From an uncultured virus (IMG/VR IMGVR_UViG_2049941000_000254) (lineage: Duplodnaviria; Heunggongvirae; Uroviricota; Caudoviricetes): a stretch of 64,000 nt of DNA. The position numbers and the translations under genes are program-made. Below are positions 1 through 10,895 of the stretch, in pieces. Position 1 is the first letter of the stretch, and every line of letters starts with the position of its first letter. The stretch is taken from the IMG/VR virus record IMGVR_UViG_2049941000_000254; one strand, written 5' to 3'. Below the pieces are notes generated by a model, which had not been told where the DNA came from, did not search any database, and saw only the letters and a list, made by a program, of their open reading frames with translations.

Positions 1-198
1 TCCTGGAAGCCGAGCATATCCGAGAAGAACACTTCGGATATATCGTTACGGACTGCACGTATTTCCTCTGCACGATGGATAATTTCGGCACGCTTGGTGT
101 CGGACAATAGAATAGGATGNNNNNNNNNNAGGTCGCATGCTGTGATGACCTTGAGGAAGTCGGCTACGAAGCTGTGGATGNNNNNNNNNNACTTTGGT

Positions 199-545
199 TT
201 ACAATTCATCTGGGTGCAAGGTGATGAACAGCTGTTGTTGGAGGAAGTAGGACAGCTGGTCCCTCGTGACCTTGGAGATTGGGATCTTCCTGGGAGGAGC
301 CTTTACCGGCCTGTTCCTTATGTCCATGTAGAACTGGCGGTATTCTATTTCCTTGTGCTTGATGAGCATGTCCCACACGAAATGGTTGTGGTCCTTCCTC
401 CTCATTTCGAGTTCCTCGTTGGACGGCTGTGTATAGGTGATTGCTATGAATTCCTCGTTTGAGCCGATGTACTTCATGACCTTGTAGTAGTCCGGGTAGT
501 TTTCGAGTAGTCCCAGGGCGGTCTGTTTTGCTTCACCGTAGTTCA
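199..545 (-). CDS. hypothetical protein (MNYGEAKQTALG...)
   Basis: Open frame with GGAG upstream of ATG on the minus strand; the 3' end lies near an N gap. Confidence 0.5.
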
Positions 546-1055
546 TGTATGCTCCTGTTTTGGGGTGGATATGCCCTGTTCCTTCAGGACGATACGGATA
601 TATGCGTCCGCCCTCCTTTCTGCGAACACGATGGCCCAGTAGTAGGCATAGTGGTCCTCGTGTCCAGTGGCGCCTATGGTGTCCAGGACAACCTTGAAGG
701 CCTTTTCCCTGANNNNNNNNNNNNNNNNNNNNNNNNNNNNNNNNNNNNNNNNNNNNNNNNNNNNNNNNNNNNNNNNNNNNNNNNNNNNNNNNNNNNNNNN
801 NNNNNNNNNNNNNNNNNNNNNNNNNNNNNNNNNNNNNNNNNNNNNNNNNNNNNNNNNNNNNNNNNNNNNNNNNNNNNNNNNNNNNNNNNNNNNNNNNNNN
901 NNNNNNNNNNNNNNNNNNNNNNNNNNNNNNNNNNNNNNNNNNNNNNNNNNNNNNNNNNNNNNNNNNNNNNNNNNNNNNNNNNNNNNNNNNNNNNNNNNNN
1001 NNNNNNNNNNNNNNNNNNNNNNNNNNNNNNNNNNNNNNNNNNNNNNNNNNNNNNN

Positions 1056-1749
1056 ACTTCCGGACTTCGGAGGAAAGCACGGAGTCGTAGTTGTCTATCG
1101 TCTCCTGTACGAACTCGGAGCCGTAGTAGTTGACGTTGGACTTCGCTATCTGGTGACATGTGATGACCTGTGCCATCTTGTACTTGAGCTCTATGGGGAG
1201 GGACTTGTAGAGTTCGGTATAGAACGGGTGGTCGGTATTGATGATGACAATCGTCTTGTTGTTGGCGATCTGGAACTTGTACATGTCCTCGCCGATACCG
1301 AGTGATGCTTCCTGGATACCGTCGAGCCAGCGCTTCCTGCGTTCCCTGGTCGGATTCGGGTGTTTCTGGGGGCCTCTCGGTTCATGTTCCTTGGGGGGTT
1401 CGTTTCTCGGCTTGTTTTCGCCCCTGCGGTTTACCCTGAGGAGGAGATTGCCGTTCTGTTCCTGGACGACATTGTCGTACATCTTGAGGGTTTCGGGGTC
1501 TGTGGAAGCCCTGGACATTGCAGCCTCGGCAAGCGAGCGGTGCTTGACTTCCATGATGTAGGGGCCGAGTTCCTTGGCCAGGGTATCCTTGATGGCCTGG
1601 GACATGGTTTCGGAGGAGCGTTCACTGATGATCTTGGTGAATGAGGCGCCGAGCATGGTGTCGTTGGTTCCGTCCATGAGCAGTTCGACACGGAGGCCGT
1701 TGAGGGACGGGTGGCGTTTCCACAGGCCGAGGGTGAGGGCTCTTCCGAC
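1056..1749 (-). CDS. C-terminal fragment of GHKL/MORC-family ATPase (VGRALTLGLW...IIINTDHPFY)
   Basis: Continues naturally from ...NQGIYIYRQSRLV of the 3211-3681 fragment; the INxxHPFY motif is typical of MORC-like C-termini; bounded by gaps. Confidence 0.65.
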
Positions 1750-1759
1750 NNNNNNNNNN

Positions 1760-2113
1760 TTCCGGGAGGGCCGCGGCGAGCCTGGATGCACAGGTGTTGC
1801 ACAGGTGGACGGACATCTTGTAGATGGAGAGCCTTGCCGCTTCGTCCGTAGAGGCGAAGTTAAGCCTGATGGACGCCTCCTGCCTTCCGCAGCCGGCGCA
1901 CCTGTTGTAGACGTATATCGCCCTGGACTGGTGCTTGAACCGGGATGGGTCGTAGGCGCCCGGGCGCAAGGTGTTCAGCGCCTTCACCAGGGTACCTGGA
2001 CTACAACCAAGGAACCTGGCGGCCTGTTTTGCCGGCACATCCTTCAGTTGCGGGAATGATTCCCATCGGATGCATAGCTGTTCGTATGCCTGTAAGGTCT
2101 TTTCCTTTCTCAT
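1760..2113 (-). CDS. hypothetical protein with Cys pairs (MRKEKTLQ..., CAGC...CNTC), truncated by gap
   Basis: Open frame directly downstream of a TTGCCA-17-TACATT promoter. Confidence 0.55.
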
Positions 2114-2119
2114 GCAGCA

Positions 2120-2148
2120 AATGTAGCAAAAGGGCCGCCGGTTGGCAA
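2120..2148 (-). promoter_or_regulatory. sigma70-type promoter TTGCCA-17-TACATT
   Basis: Hexamers and 17-nt spacer read directly. Confidence 0.55.
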
Positions 2149-2913
2149 CNNNNNNNNNNNNNNNNNNNNNNNNNNNNNNNNNNNNNNNNNNNNNNNNNNN
2201 NNNNNNNNNNNNNNNNNNNNNNNNNNNNNNNNNNNNNNNNNNNNNNNNNNNNNNNNNNNNNNNNNNNNNNNNNNNNNNNNNNNNNNNNNNNNNNNNNNNN
2301 NNNNNNNNNNNNNNNNNNNNNNNNNNNNNNNNNNNNNNNNNNNNNNNNNNNNNNNNNNNNNNNNNNNNNNNNNNNNNNNNNNNNNNNNNNNNNNNNNNNN
2401 NNNNNNNNNNNNNNNNNNNNNNNNNNNNNNNNNNNNNNNNNNNNNNNNNNNNNNNNNNNNNNNNNNNNNNNNNNNNNNNNNNNNNNNNNNNNNNNNNNNN
2501 NNNNNNNNNNNNNNNNNNNNNNNNNNNNNNNNNNNNNNNNNNNNNNNNNNNNNNNNNNNNNNNNNNNNNNNNNNNNNNNNNNNNNNNNNNNNNNNNNNNN
2601 NNNNNNNNNNNNNNNNNNNNNNNNNNNNNNNNNNNNNNNNNNNNNNNNNNNNNNNNNNNNNNNNNNNNNNNNNNNNNNNNNNNNNNNNNNNNNNNNNNNN
2701 NNNNNNNNNNNNNNNNNNNNNNNNNNNNNNNNNNNNNNNNNNNNNNNNNNNNNNNNNNNNNNNNNNNNNNNNNNNNNNNNNNNNNNNNNNNNNNNNNNNN
2801 NNNNNNNNNNNNNNNNNNNNNNNNNNNNNNNNNNNNNNNNNNNNNNNNNNNNNNNNNNNNNNNNNNNNNNNNNNNNNNNNNNNNNNNNNNNNNNNNNNNN
2901 NNNNNNNNNNNNA

Positions 2914-3199
2914 GCATCTTCGTGGAGCGTGTAGACGGTCAGTTTCTGGCCTATGCTGAGTGCAGCCGTCTTAAGGCCTGTTCCGTACATGCCGAGATTG
3001 GATGTTCCGGTCTTTCCCGTCATCGAGCCGAGGCACAGGGCTTCCTTGAGGATATCGTATGGCATGCCCGAACCGTCGTCGGCGATTACTATTGTCGAGA
3101 TAGGTTCGCCGCGTCCCGCCGTTTCCAGGGTGATTTCGACCTTGGATGCGTTGACATTGGGTTCGATTGAGTTGTCGATGATGTCGGCGATTGCCGCGT
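2914..3199 (-). CDS. GHKL (HATPase_c) ATP-binding fragment of MORC-type ATPase
   Basis: AIADIIDNSI (N box), IADDGSGM (G1) and LGMYGTGLK (G2) motifs. Confidence 0.85.
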
Positions 3200-3210
3200 N
3201 NNNNNNNNNC

Positions 3211-3757
3211 CGACGAGCCTTGACTGGCGGTAGATGTAGATGCCCTGGTTGTACGAGTTCCTGGCGTTCCCTTCGCCCAGTGCGTCCTCTGAGCCGTCCT
3301 TCGGGAGGAAGTAGGCGGTATAGGAGAACGAGTGACCGTCGACGCTGAATGAGCCCTGCCCGAGGAGTTCGCTGATACCGTTCGGGTTGATCATGGGGTT
3401 GACCGGCTGGACTTCGTGCCTGTCGACGAACAGCTTGAATGTGCTTGTGAAGATGTACTTGCCGAAGATTTCGCCGAGCTTGGCACGCAGGTATCCGCCG
3501 AACGACTTCCGGTCGGTATTGGAAAGCCTGTCGATGGCCTCGATTTTCACCGCGGTACCGCTCTTGGCGTCTTCGGGGAGGAGATCCTTTACGGCCTGAG
3601 CCGATACCGTGTCGAGGGTCACCTTGACGCCACCCTGATTCAGTGCGGCATCGGTGATGTCCAGCGTGGCGACGCTGCCGTNNNNNNNNNNGTATCCGCA
3701 GTTGCGGAGGGCGTTCACGACGAAAGAGTCGCGAACCATGATGGAATTCGTTTCCAT
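3211..3757 (-). CDS. N-terminus (METNSIM...ALRNCGY) plus middle fragment (SGTAVKIE...NQGIYIYRQSRLV) of the same GHKL/MORC ATPase
   Basis: LRxxGY precedes the N box in this family; GTxV and QGxYxYRxxRL motifs are present; fragments are joined across 10-N gaps. Confidence 0.75.
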
Positions 3758-3869
3758 GTGTTTCCTTGCCGTGCCGCCTTTCGGTTGATAGCGATTTCCA
3801 TGCGGTGCGGCGCGGTCATGTGTCCCGTACGAAAATCTCACCGGCGAACTTGTTTCGCCCGTATACAAT

Positions 3870-3898
3870 AATATAGCAACAGGATGTCAGGATGTCAA
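3870..3898 (-). promoter_or_regulatory. sigma70-type promoter TTGACA-17-TATATT upstream of ATPase
   Basis: Consensus -35, 17-nt spacer, near-consensus -10. Confidence 0.75.
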
Positions 3899-3902
3899 GG
3901 GG

Positions 3903-4166
3903 TTATTCCTCCAAATATGCCCATTCGGATACATCCTGGTAGAAGAACTGTCCGGGACCGAACTCGACGAAGTGGTACGGGACGGTATAGTTGCCGCCCA
4001 CCTGTACTTCTTCGAGGTATGCGACGACCTGTTTGATATCTCCCTTGCCGTGGAAGATCCACGGGGCGTGCGGTACCTTGATGATGACCACCCGGTTCAT
4101 TTCCGGGATGTCCTTGGAGGCGTCGTGCCATTTCAGCACCTGTGTCCTGGTGATATTTTCTTTCAT
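3903..4166 (-). CDS. small phage-type hypothetical protein (KWHDASKDIPE...WAYLEE, DUF551-like)
   Basis: W...P N-terminal and W-x-Y C-terminal pattern; start overlaps the upstream stop. Confidence 0.6.
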   Translation of the reverse strand: MKENITRTQVLKWHDASKDIPEMNRVVIIKVPHAPWIFHGKGDIKQVVAYLEEVQVGGNYTVPYHFVEFGPGQFFYQDVSEWAYLEE

Positions 4167-4861
4167 TTGGGTTCCTTGGGTTTACTGTATATGAGTTCAT
4201 CAGTCCAGGTATTCAGCTTAGGACCAACAGGGAATTGGACGTTGAACTCTGAAGCGAGGCGGGACAGTTCCAGGCATTCGCATTTGAGGTTTCTGAGTGA
4301 GTCGGCGGTATCCTGAAGGGACTTGGAGATTGCCAGGTACTGGTTGAGCATGCAACGTACATAGGATACGAGTTCGGTCAGTTTCCACTGTCCCTTTGCG
4401 GCATCGTCTCCCCTTTTGAGCGGGATTCTCAGCGGGAGTCCGTAGTTGAAGGAACGTTCCCTCGCGGGTACGGGTCCGTGGTCCTCGATTTCCAGGTCGA
4501 TGTCGTCCGGGTCACTGCAGGGGGATATTGTGGCGGTGAAACGTCCCGGCCTGTGGTCGGTGTTCACGGTGATCGCCTTCGGATTCACGGTGACGTTCGG
4601 GCCGAGGTGGACGGTGCTTACGTTGAGGGACACGTAGTGTTCGACCTCGTCCAGGTCCTCCTTCGTGAACCTGGGCTCGTTTTTCCTGTTGGTCTTGAAG
4701 GAACTGCAGGGTATGCACAAGTTGAACATAGTGAGGGCCTTCTCGTCCGTGGTCATATGTTCCTTGTCCTTCATGGGGCACTTGTTGCATGACGGGAGCT
4801 GTCCCTCCGGGAGGGACTTCATGTACTTGTCGAATGCCCGTTTTTGCATGTCGAATGTCAT
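4163..4861 (-). CDS. hypothetical protein with CxxC pairs
   Basis: Long ORF with AAGGA before ATG (MTFDMQ...). Confidence 0.65.
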   Translation of the reverse strand: MTFDMQKRAFDKYMKSLPEGQLPSCNKCPMKDKEHMTTDEKALTMFNLCIPCSSFKTNRKNEPRFTKEDLDEVEHYVSLNVSTVHLGPNVTVNPKAITVNTDHRPGRFTATISPCSDPDDIDLEIEDHGPVPARERSFNYGLPLRIPLKRGDDAAKGQWKLTELVSYVRCMLNQYLAISKSLQDTADSLRNLKCECLELSRLASEFNVQFPVGPKLNTWTDELIYSKPKEPK

Positions 4862-4950
4862 TGATGGGTTCCTTTTTATAAAGAGTAGTTTACAATCCGT
4901 ATGTTTTCGGTAACGCCCCATATGTTTTGTTCTGGTTGTCGACCGGTATA

Positions 4951-5077
4951 TGGCCAAAGCCGGATTCGAACCGGCACGCCCGTTTGNNNNNNNNNNNNNN
5001 NNNNNNNNNNNNNNNNNNNNNNNNNNNNNNNNNNNNNNNNNNNNNNNNNNNGCTTGCTAGGCTTCCGCCATTTGGAC
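4951..5077 (-). tRNA. tRNA-Leu-like gene, anticodon hidden in N gap
   Basis: GTCCAAA-TGGCGGAA 5' end and GCCGG-TTCGAAT-CCGGC-TTTGGCCA T arm/acceptor end; TTGCCA-18-TACATT promoter at 5105-5134. Confidence 0.6.
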
Positions 5078-5160
5078 TCTGTTTCAGTTCTTCGCCTATT
5101 TTTAAATGTAGCAAACGGGGGGAACTGGTGGCAATAAGGTGCACAGTTGTACACTAGTTC

Positions 5161-5967
5161 CTAGTTGACTATTTCGTTCCGGCGTTTTCCGGACGGGCAT
5201 ACGTTGAACGTTTCGCCGTCGGAATCCATGAGCTTGGCCTCTACAGATGCCATCCCCTCGAACCAGGGGCACAGTGCGGACAGGTCCTTGAAGTCGTCCA
5301 TGTCGCCGTCGTCCCCGTATGCCTTCCTCAGTCCGTCGGCGTCCATGGCGAACACGTGGCCCGCGGCCATGGATACCGCGTACGTGTCGCACTTTGGCTG
5401 GTCGTATGAGCCGGCGGTCTCGACAAGGTCGTCCAGGCAGGTATCCGGGCACTTGGGGACCCGGATGACGAATGTCATGCACTCGTCGAGCTTCCTACCC
5501 CTGTACGAGTCGTTCGCCATGTTGCAGGCGCGTAGCGCCGTGTCGGCGCACTCGTCAAAGTGGGGCTCGTGCTCTATCTGGCCGCCCCTGCACTTGAACG
5601 AGATGTGCCATCCGTCGTACTTGCCGCTGGAGGCCACGACGTTTACCACCTTGTCCCCAGGGATACACGAGATGGCCCTCTTGATCTTGGCCAGTGTATC
5701 CTTGTTGGACACGGTGTACCCGGTGTCCGAGAGGTACCTGTCGGAAACTTCCTTTCCTCGGTCCAGGGACATGCTCACGGGGTCGAGGACGCAGTCGCAG
5801 GAAAACTGGCGCCTTGTGAACAGTACCCAGTTGGAGTTGCACCGGACGCAGTGGACTATGGGGACATCTTTGAACGTCTGCCACGGGGAGCCGCATACGG
5901 GGCATCGGATCTCGTTGTGCTGCATGTAGGGGGGATGGTCGAAACTGTTGAGGAGTTCCTCGAGCAT
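5161..5967 (-). CDS. hypothetical protein with N-terminal Zn ribbon (CPVC...CVRC)
   Basis: 268-aa ORF with two CxxC motifs. Confidence 0.65.
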   Translation of the reverse strand: MLEELLNSFDHPPYMQHNEIRCPVCGSPWQTFKDVPIVHCVRCNSNWVLFTRRQFSCDCVLDPVSMSLDRGKEVSDRYLSDTGYTVSNKDTLAKIKRAISCIPGDKVVNVVASSGKYDGWHISFKCRGGQIEHEPHFDECADTALRACNMANDSYRGRKLDECMTFVIRVPKCPDTCLDDLVETAGSYDQPKCDTYAVSMAAGHVFAMDADGLRKAYGDDGDMDDFKDLSALCPWFEGMASVEAKLMDSDGETFNVCPSGKRRNEIVN

Positions 5968-6073
5968 AGGGAATATGTTTTCGGCNNNNNNNNNNTCGCC
6001 GCGACACGCATGATGAACATGGGCTTTTCGGGGGCATCATCGAACACGGCGTACCAGAGGTTTGGCTTGTCCA

Positions 6074-6577
6074 TCAGATGCACCTCGTCACGGTCCCGGC
6101 GTCGGTGCCGAATTCCATCATGCTCTGGATTGCATATTCCCGGGTATCCTCACGGGCAATGATATACTGTTCGTCCAGGTCGTAGACGCACCAGTTGCCG
6201 CGATGCCGACTGTTGATGGCGAACTTTGCGTTCCCGATGGAATGACACGGGTTTCCTTCCTTTGTGAAGAATTCGGCTCCCGAGTACGGTTCCATGAGCC
6301 AGTCCAGGAACGTCTTGGCCCCGACCATGGCGTCATAGAACGTACTGAACCTTGCATAGGGAAGTACGGTGAACTGGTTATTGATGTACGGATCCACCTT
6401 TGTGTAGTTCGGCCTTCCCGGACGTTCAATCTTCATGGCCAGCGAATATAGGCCGTTGCCACCGATCACCTTGACCCTGGTGTGCTTTGCCGGATATGGG
6501 CGCCAGTTCTCGTTGGCGAAAAGCGGTCGTCTGAGTTCGGCGGTCCTTCTGATTTCCTGCATGAAGTTTAGTATCAT
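6074..6577 (-). CDS. hypothetical protein
   Basis: AAGGA upstream of ATG (MILNFMQE...). Confidence 0.6.
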   Translation of the reverse strand: MILNFMQEIRRTAELRRPLFANENWRPYPAKHTRVKVIGGNGLYSLAMKIERPGRPNYTKVDPYINNQFTVLPYARFSTFYDAMVGAKTFLDWLMEPYSGAEFFTKEGNPCHSIGNAKFAINSRHRGNWCVYDLDEQYIIAREDTREYAIQSMMEFGTDAGTVTRCI

Positions 6578-6635
6578 ATGAAGAGTCCTTTTTAGTAACT
6601 GTCCGCCTCTTCCGGCGTAAGGAATNNNNNNNNNN

Positions 6636-6889
6636 GTATCGGAAAGCTGGTCGGCGAACGAGTCCACGAAGTCGCCGAGCGTCTTGTTCCAGAGGGCCGT
6701 AATGTTCGGGACGGTCACGTCGAGCGCATATTCGACCGCGTCGATGAGCTTCGTTTCGTCCTTTTCCCAGATGTGGAGGTCGATCCCCATCTGGGAATTT
6801 TCGGCATACAGCATGTAGCAGGAGAGCGACATGCCGTTGATGCGGGCGATGCACTGCCCGACCCTGTTGATGATTGTCTTCCGTTCCAT
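6636..6889 (-). CDS. hypothetical protein, acyl-carrier-like pattern, truncated by gap
   Basis: LIDAVEYALDVTVP...TLGDFVD resembles the ACP C-terminal helices but lacks the DSL serine. Confidence 0.4.
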
Positions 6890-6890
6890 A

Positions 6891-7106
6891 TCAGTCCACC
6901 GCGTCCATGTTGGTTTCGTACTTGGGGGGCTGAACGGGCGGGGTGTCGAGGCGTTCTACCTTGACAGTGCCCTCGACCGCGTTGTTGCTGCGGTCGCCGA
7001 CGATGCCGGTGATGACGCTTTCCTTCATGGCGTCATATTCCTCATCGGAGGCGCCATCGGGGATTTCGAAAGTCCTGGATACTGTGTAGGTGAGCTTGAA
7101 CTGCAT
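6891..7106 (-). CDS. small hypothetical protein
   Basis: AAGGAG SD before ATG (MQFKLTY...). Confidence 0.65.
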   Translation of the reverse strand: MQFKLTYTVSRTFEIPDGASDEEYDAMKESVITGIVGDRSNNAVEGTVKVERLDTPPVQPPKYETNMDAVD

Positions 7107-7225
7107 AGGATGTATCTCCTTGTCTGTTAGGTATTTATGGTTGTCTGTTATGGTACATTGGTATCGATGGCGATGGGGGTGCGCTTGAGTGTCGCCGATC
7201 CGTTCGCCGCGACACNNNNNNNNNN

Positions 7226-7502
7226 CCGTGACAACCTCAACTTCATCAAGAATCTTTGCCGCAAGGCTTGGGAAACGAGCAAGCATTTTGGCGGTGCATT
7301 TTTAAATAATGTTTTCGTGGACTACCGAGACGGCTCCATTTGGTACGATACGGAAAAGTACCGCCTTTGTCTCGTCGGATACAAGATTGCAAAGAAAATC
7401 AAGGAAGTCAAGGACAAAGCGGGAAACTTGGTCAAAAGAACCATATGGGCCTTGGAACAATGTAGCGCCACCAATGGCCTCGCAACCGCAACCGAGGCCT
7501 AG
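7226..7502 (+). CDS. hypothetical protein, 5' end in gap
   Basis: Open frame ending just before the first hairpin repeat. Confidence 0.5.
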
Positions 7503-7606
7503 GGGCCTCCCCTAACGGGAATCGGGTGCCACCGTGTCCCGAGTGTACCCTCGAACGGGGGACCTGGGGGACTATCGTGCAGGCGTATTCGACAAAGGAG
7601 ACCAAA

Positions 7607-7882
7607 ATGGTTGATATGAACGCCCCGCTTTCCGCTGAAATTGAAAATGAACTCGCTCTCATTGAAGCGAATGAAGTTCTCGAAGCCACCATTAAATGGA
7701 AGGATACCGAAGAGACCGAAGAGGTCAATATTGCCATGCATGGCGACATGGGCGCAGATGATGACATTTTCTTTTATTGCGAGAGCACGAACGACTTTCG
7801 TGCATTGCTGAAACCTGACAACGGGGAGGACTTTGTAGTAACCGAATTCTTAGGCGGTAAATCCAAATATCCACGCAACTAA
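7607..7882 (+). CDS. small acidic hypothetical protein (DDDIFFYC...EDFVV)
   Basis: Repeat, then AAGGAG, then ATG. Confidence 0.8.
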   Translation: MVDMNAPLSAEIENELALIEANEVLEATIKWKDTEETEEVNIAMHGDMGADDDIFFYCESTNDFRALLKPDNGEDFVVTEFLGGKSKYPRN

Positions 7883-8009
7883 CTAGGGGCGACTTCGGTC
7901 GCCATTCTGTTCCCTTACGGGAACCTCGCCCCACCGTGCCCCACCGGTGCCGGATCTAACCGGGGCTGGGGGAACATCGTGGAGGTGTTCAAACGAAAAG
8001 GAGATTATT

Positions 8010-8477
8010 ATGGCTTTTTTNNNNNNNNNNNNNNNNNNNNNNNNNNNNNNNNNNNNNNNNNNNNNNNNNNNNNNNNNNNNNNNNNNNNNNNNNNNNNNNN
8101 NTCAGCACCTGCATGACCTCGTCATGGCGAAGGCGAAGGAACTTAACCCGAACATGGGCGAAGCGGAACTGAAAAAGGTGGAAGTTCCTCTTCCGAAAAA
8201 GGTGAGCTACAAATATAAGGGGTTCATGCAGCCCGCCCGCAAGATTGTCATAAGCGCCATGGTCGCCACCGACAAGACGGGTGCGGGCATTCCATGTTTC
8301 GTTTGGGATTGCGGGAGCGTGCACGCCGTGACTACGTTCGAGGAACTTCCGAACCATACAATGCACCGTATCATTGACCTGCTGAAGACTTCCGAGACGA
8401 AAGCAGTCAATACCACGGTTGCACTGATGACTGAACTTTCCTCGGTCGAAAAGGTGGCGGTTTACGGGAACGGCTAG
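8010..8477 (+). CDS. hypothetical protein (contains gap)
   Basis: Repeat, SD and ATG; followed by a hairpin terminator. Confidence 0.6.
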   Translation: MAFXXXXXXXXXXXXXXXXXXXXXXXXXXXXQHLHDLVMAKAKELNPNMGEAELKKVEVPLPKKVSYKYKGFMQPARKIVISAMVATDKTGAGIPCFVWDCGSVHAVTTFEELPNHTMHRIIDLLKTSETKAVNTTVALMTELSSVEKVAVYGNG

Positions 8478-8605
8478 ACAAGGGGCTGACGCCCCTTTTT
8501 CGACTTAAAAATTTTTCATCGTGCCCACCGTGTCCCGAGTGTCACCGGAATCGGGTGACCTGGGGGAGTATCGTGGGGGCATTCAACCGAAAGGAGTTTT
8601 TAAAA

Positions 8606-8938
8606 ATGCGTAATCTTCCAATAGTCATCGGCATCGTCGAGGCATGTGTATTTGCCGACCAACTTCCCGTATGCGAGGAATTTGCCGGAGAGGAACATAT
8701 TCAGTGCGTATCGACTGACCGTGCTGCTGTAATCATTTCCCGATTCGATGACAGCGTGCAGTATGAATTTTACACGGCTGACGGGCACAAGGGTTACATC
8801 TACCTTGACGGAGGGGTCACAGTGAATACCGCAAAGCGTCACATGGACATTGCCGCCATACCCGCCGATGACAAGGACGAATATGTCCGAGAAGTGTTCA
8901 ATGCGGTCATGGATGACATCCATTGGCAGCATGACTAG
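8606..8938 (+). CDS. hypothetical protein
   Basis: Repeat, SD and ATG. Confidence 0.8.
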   Translation: MRNLPIVIGIVEACVFADQLPVCEEFAGEEHIQCVSTDRAAVIISRFDDSVQYEFYTADGHKGYIYLDGGVTVNTAKRHMDIAAIPADDKDEYVREVFNAVMDDIHWQHD

Positions 8939-9082
8939 GGCCTGCTGAATGAATGCCATCGGGGACCTATGGTCCCCGATGGTCCTGTTCGTTCCAAATA
9001 GCTGCCCACCGTGTATCAGTTGTCCCACGATCGGTGGGACCTGAGGATACATCGTGGGAATGTTCAACGAAAGGAGTTCACT

Positions 9083-9258
9083 ATGGCAACACAGATTATC
9101 CGTTACTCTAACCGAGCCGAGTTTGAGATTGAAAACTTGGTGGTTGATTTTACCACCGAAGATGTTGAAGTGGTTGACCATGTTCACATTGACGAAACCC
9201 ATATCTATTTCATTGGCGGTTTCCGTAAGGAATTGGCCGCCAAGGACCAGCTGTCCTA
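9083..9258 (+). CDS. hypothetical protein, truncated by gap
   Basis: Repeat, SD and ATG. Confidence 0.6.
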
Positions 9259-9718
9259 NNNNNNNNNNACGATATCTATCACTTTAATAGTTGTGAAGAA
9301 CTGATTAAGACGGGGCACACCACGGCAACATACTACCATCGGTCGGTTGATGTATATGCGGGTCTGCACGCAAAAAAGGTTGTTGATGACATGGGCGAGA
9401 AGAGCCTTGCAAAGTGCTATGCATACATTGCCGAACGCAGAAAGGAACACGCAAAGAACCTTTCCGACATGGAATTGCTCCGAGCCACCGCAAAAAATTC
9501 TTCTGTCACGGAAGATACCGCTGAAAATCTTGTTGAAGACATCAAGTGGTTCCTTGACAACAGAAAGGAAATCAAGGCGAAATGCAAGTAATTCAAGGGG
9601 CGAAAGCCCCTTTTCAATTTTTAATTTTTGAATCCGTGACCACCGTGTATCCGGTGTCCCACGGAAGATGGGACCTGAGGATACATCGTGGGAATGTTCA
9701 TTAAACAAGGAGTTAAAT

Positions 9719-10036
9719 ATGGTGAACTTTGAAAACGGCAACATCATTGACGACGATGGCTTTACAACCACATTCCCGTCTGACTTTTCCATTGCAGATC
9801 GCTTTGGGGTGAACGCCATCAAGGACACATTTAATCGTGCCTTTGGCGAATGGAAGGGGCACTACAAGTATCTGACTCACCTTGTCATCGCCTTGAACCA
9901 CAAGATTCATCAATGGTATGGCAAGAATGACGCCTATGCCAAACTCTACAACGCGTTGTGGGAAAAGGCGGACGCCTACGCATGCGAGAACTTGAAAGGC
10001 GATGAACTGAACTACTTCTACCGCACAACGGACTAG
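9719..10036 (+). CDS. conserved phage/MGE hypothetical protein (TTF.SDFSIADRFG...YFYRTTD)
   Basis: Repeat and SD; sequence pattern recognised as a widespread phage hypothetical family. Confidence 0.85.
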   Translation: MVNFENGNIIDDDGFTTTFPSDFSIADRFGVNAIKDTFNRAFGEWKGHYKYLTHLVIALNHKIHQWYGKNDAYAKLYNALWEKADAYACENLKGDELNYFYRTTD

Positions 10037-10162
10037 GAGAGGGGGCTTACCCCTGCCCCTCCCTTTTCCAACCGGTATCCGGTGCCCACCGTGTACCGTA
10101 TGTCCCACGGAAGATGGGACCTGAGGGTACATCGTGGGAATGTTCAAACAAAGGAGTTCATT

Positions 10163-10741
10163 ATGGCATTAGCAGAAATTTTCGGTCGCATTATCGGGGA
10201 CGAATACACGGGTATCTGTGTGGCGGACTACCTTGCCGAGAACCCCCACGCAAAGGTCAATGACCTCGTAAAGTTCCGCGGTGTCGGAATGGAGAACGCA
10301 AAGACCATCATGATGGTGATGGAAAGCAGTGCCGAATACCTAGCAGGAACCAATGCGGTATCCGTGTCCGACCCCAGCACCATCGTGAACCACCTCTCGT
10401 GGATGCGGTGGGAACAGCAGGAGAATTTGGTGGTGGTGACCCTTGATAATGTGAACCATATTATCGACAAGCACCTAGTGACTAAGGGTCTTGTAAACGA
10501 GGGGCCTTTCCACCCTAGGGAGATACTCCGTCACGCCATCTTGGACAATGCGGTGAGCATAATAGTGGCGCATAACCACCCTAGCGGAAATAGTGAACCT
10601 AGCGAGCAGGATATTGCGGTCACTAGGTTGGTAAATGCCGCTTGTAAAATTATGAAAATGCCTTGTTTAGACCATATTGTGATAAGCCGTAGTGGGTTTA
10701 CTTCTATCCACAGAACGCACCCCGAACTCTTTGAAATTTAA
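10163..10741 (+). CDS. radC: RadC-like JAB/MPN domain protein
   Basis: HhH-like GVGxxxA, QE, HPREI and AHNHPSGNSEPSEQD...LDHIVI motifs. Confidence 0.93.
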   Translation: MALAEIFGRIIGDEYTGICVADYLAENPHAKVNDLVKFRGVGMENAKTIMMVMESSAEYLAGTNAVSVSDPSTIVNHLSWMRWEQQENLVVVTLDNVNHIIDKHLVTKGLVNEGPFHPREILRHAILDNAVSIIVAHNHPSGNSEPSEQDIAVTRLVNAACKIMKMPCLDHIVISRSGFTSIHRTHPELFEI

Positions 10742-10895
10742 TTTTCAACTCCACGAATGAACAACCCTAGGGGCAAAAGCCCCTAGGACACTTTTTAAAA
10801 TTTATTTTCCCCGCATACCACCGTGTATCGCCGGTGCCCCGAGAGATGGCACCCGATGATACATCGTGGGTATGTTCAACAAAAGGAGTTCAGCT

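Noticed and set aside
528..3170. Long ORFs spanning N runs (also 39984-40420, 53134-53590, 60982-61966)
   Set aside because: Artefacts of unknown bases lacking stop codons
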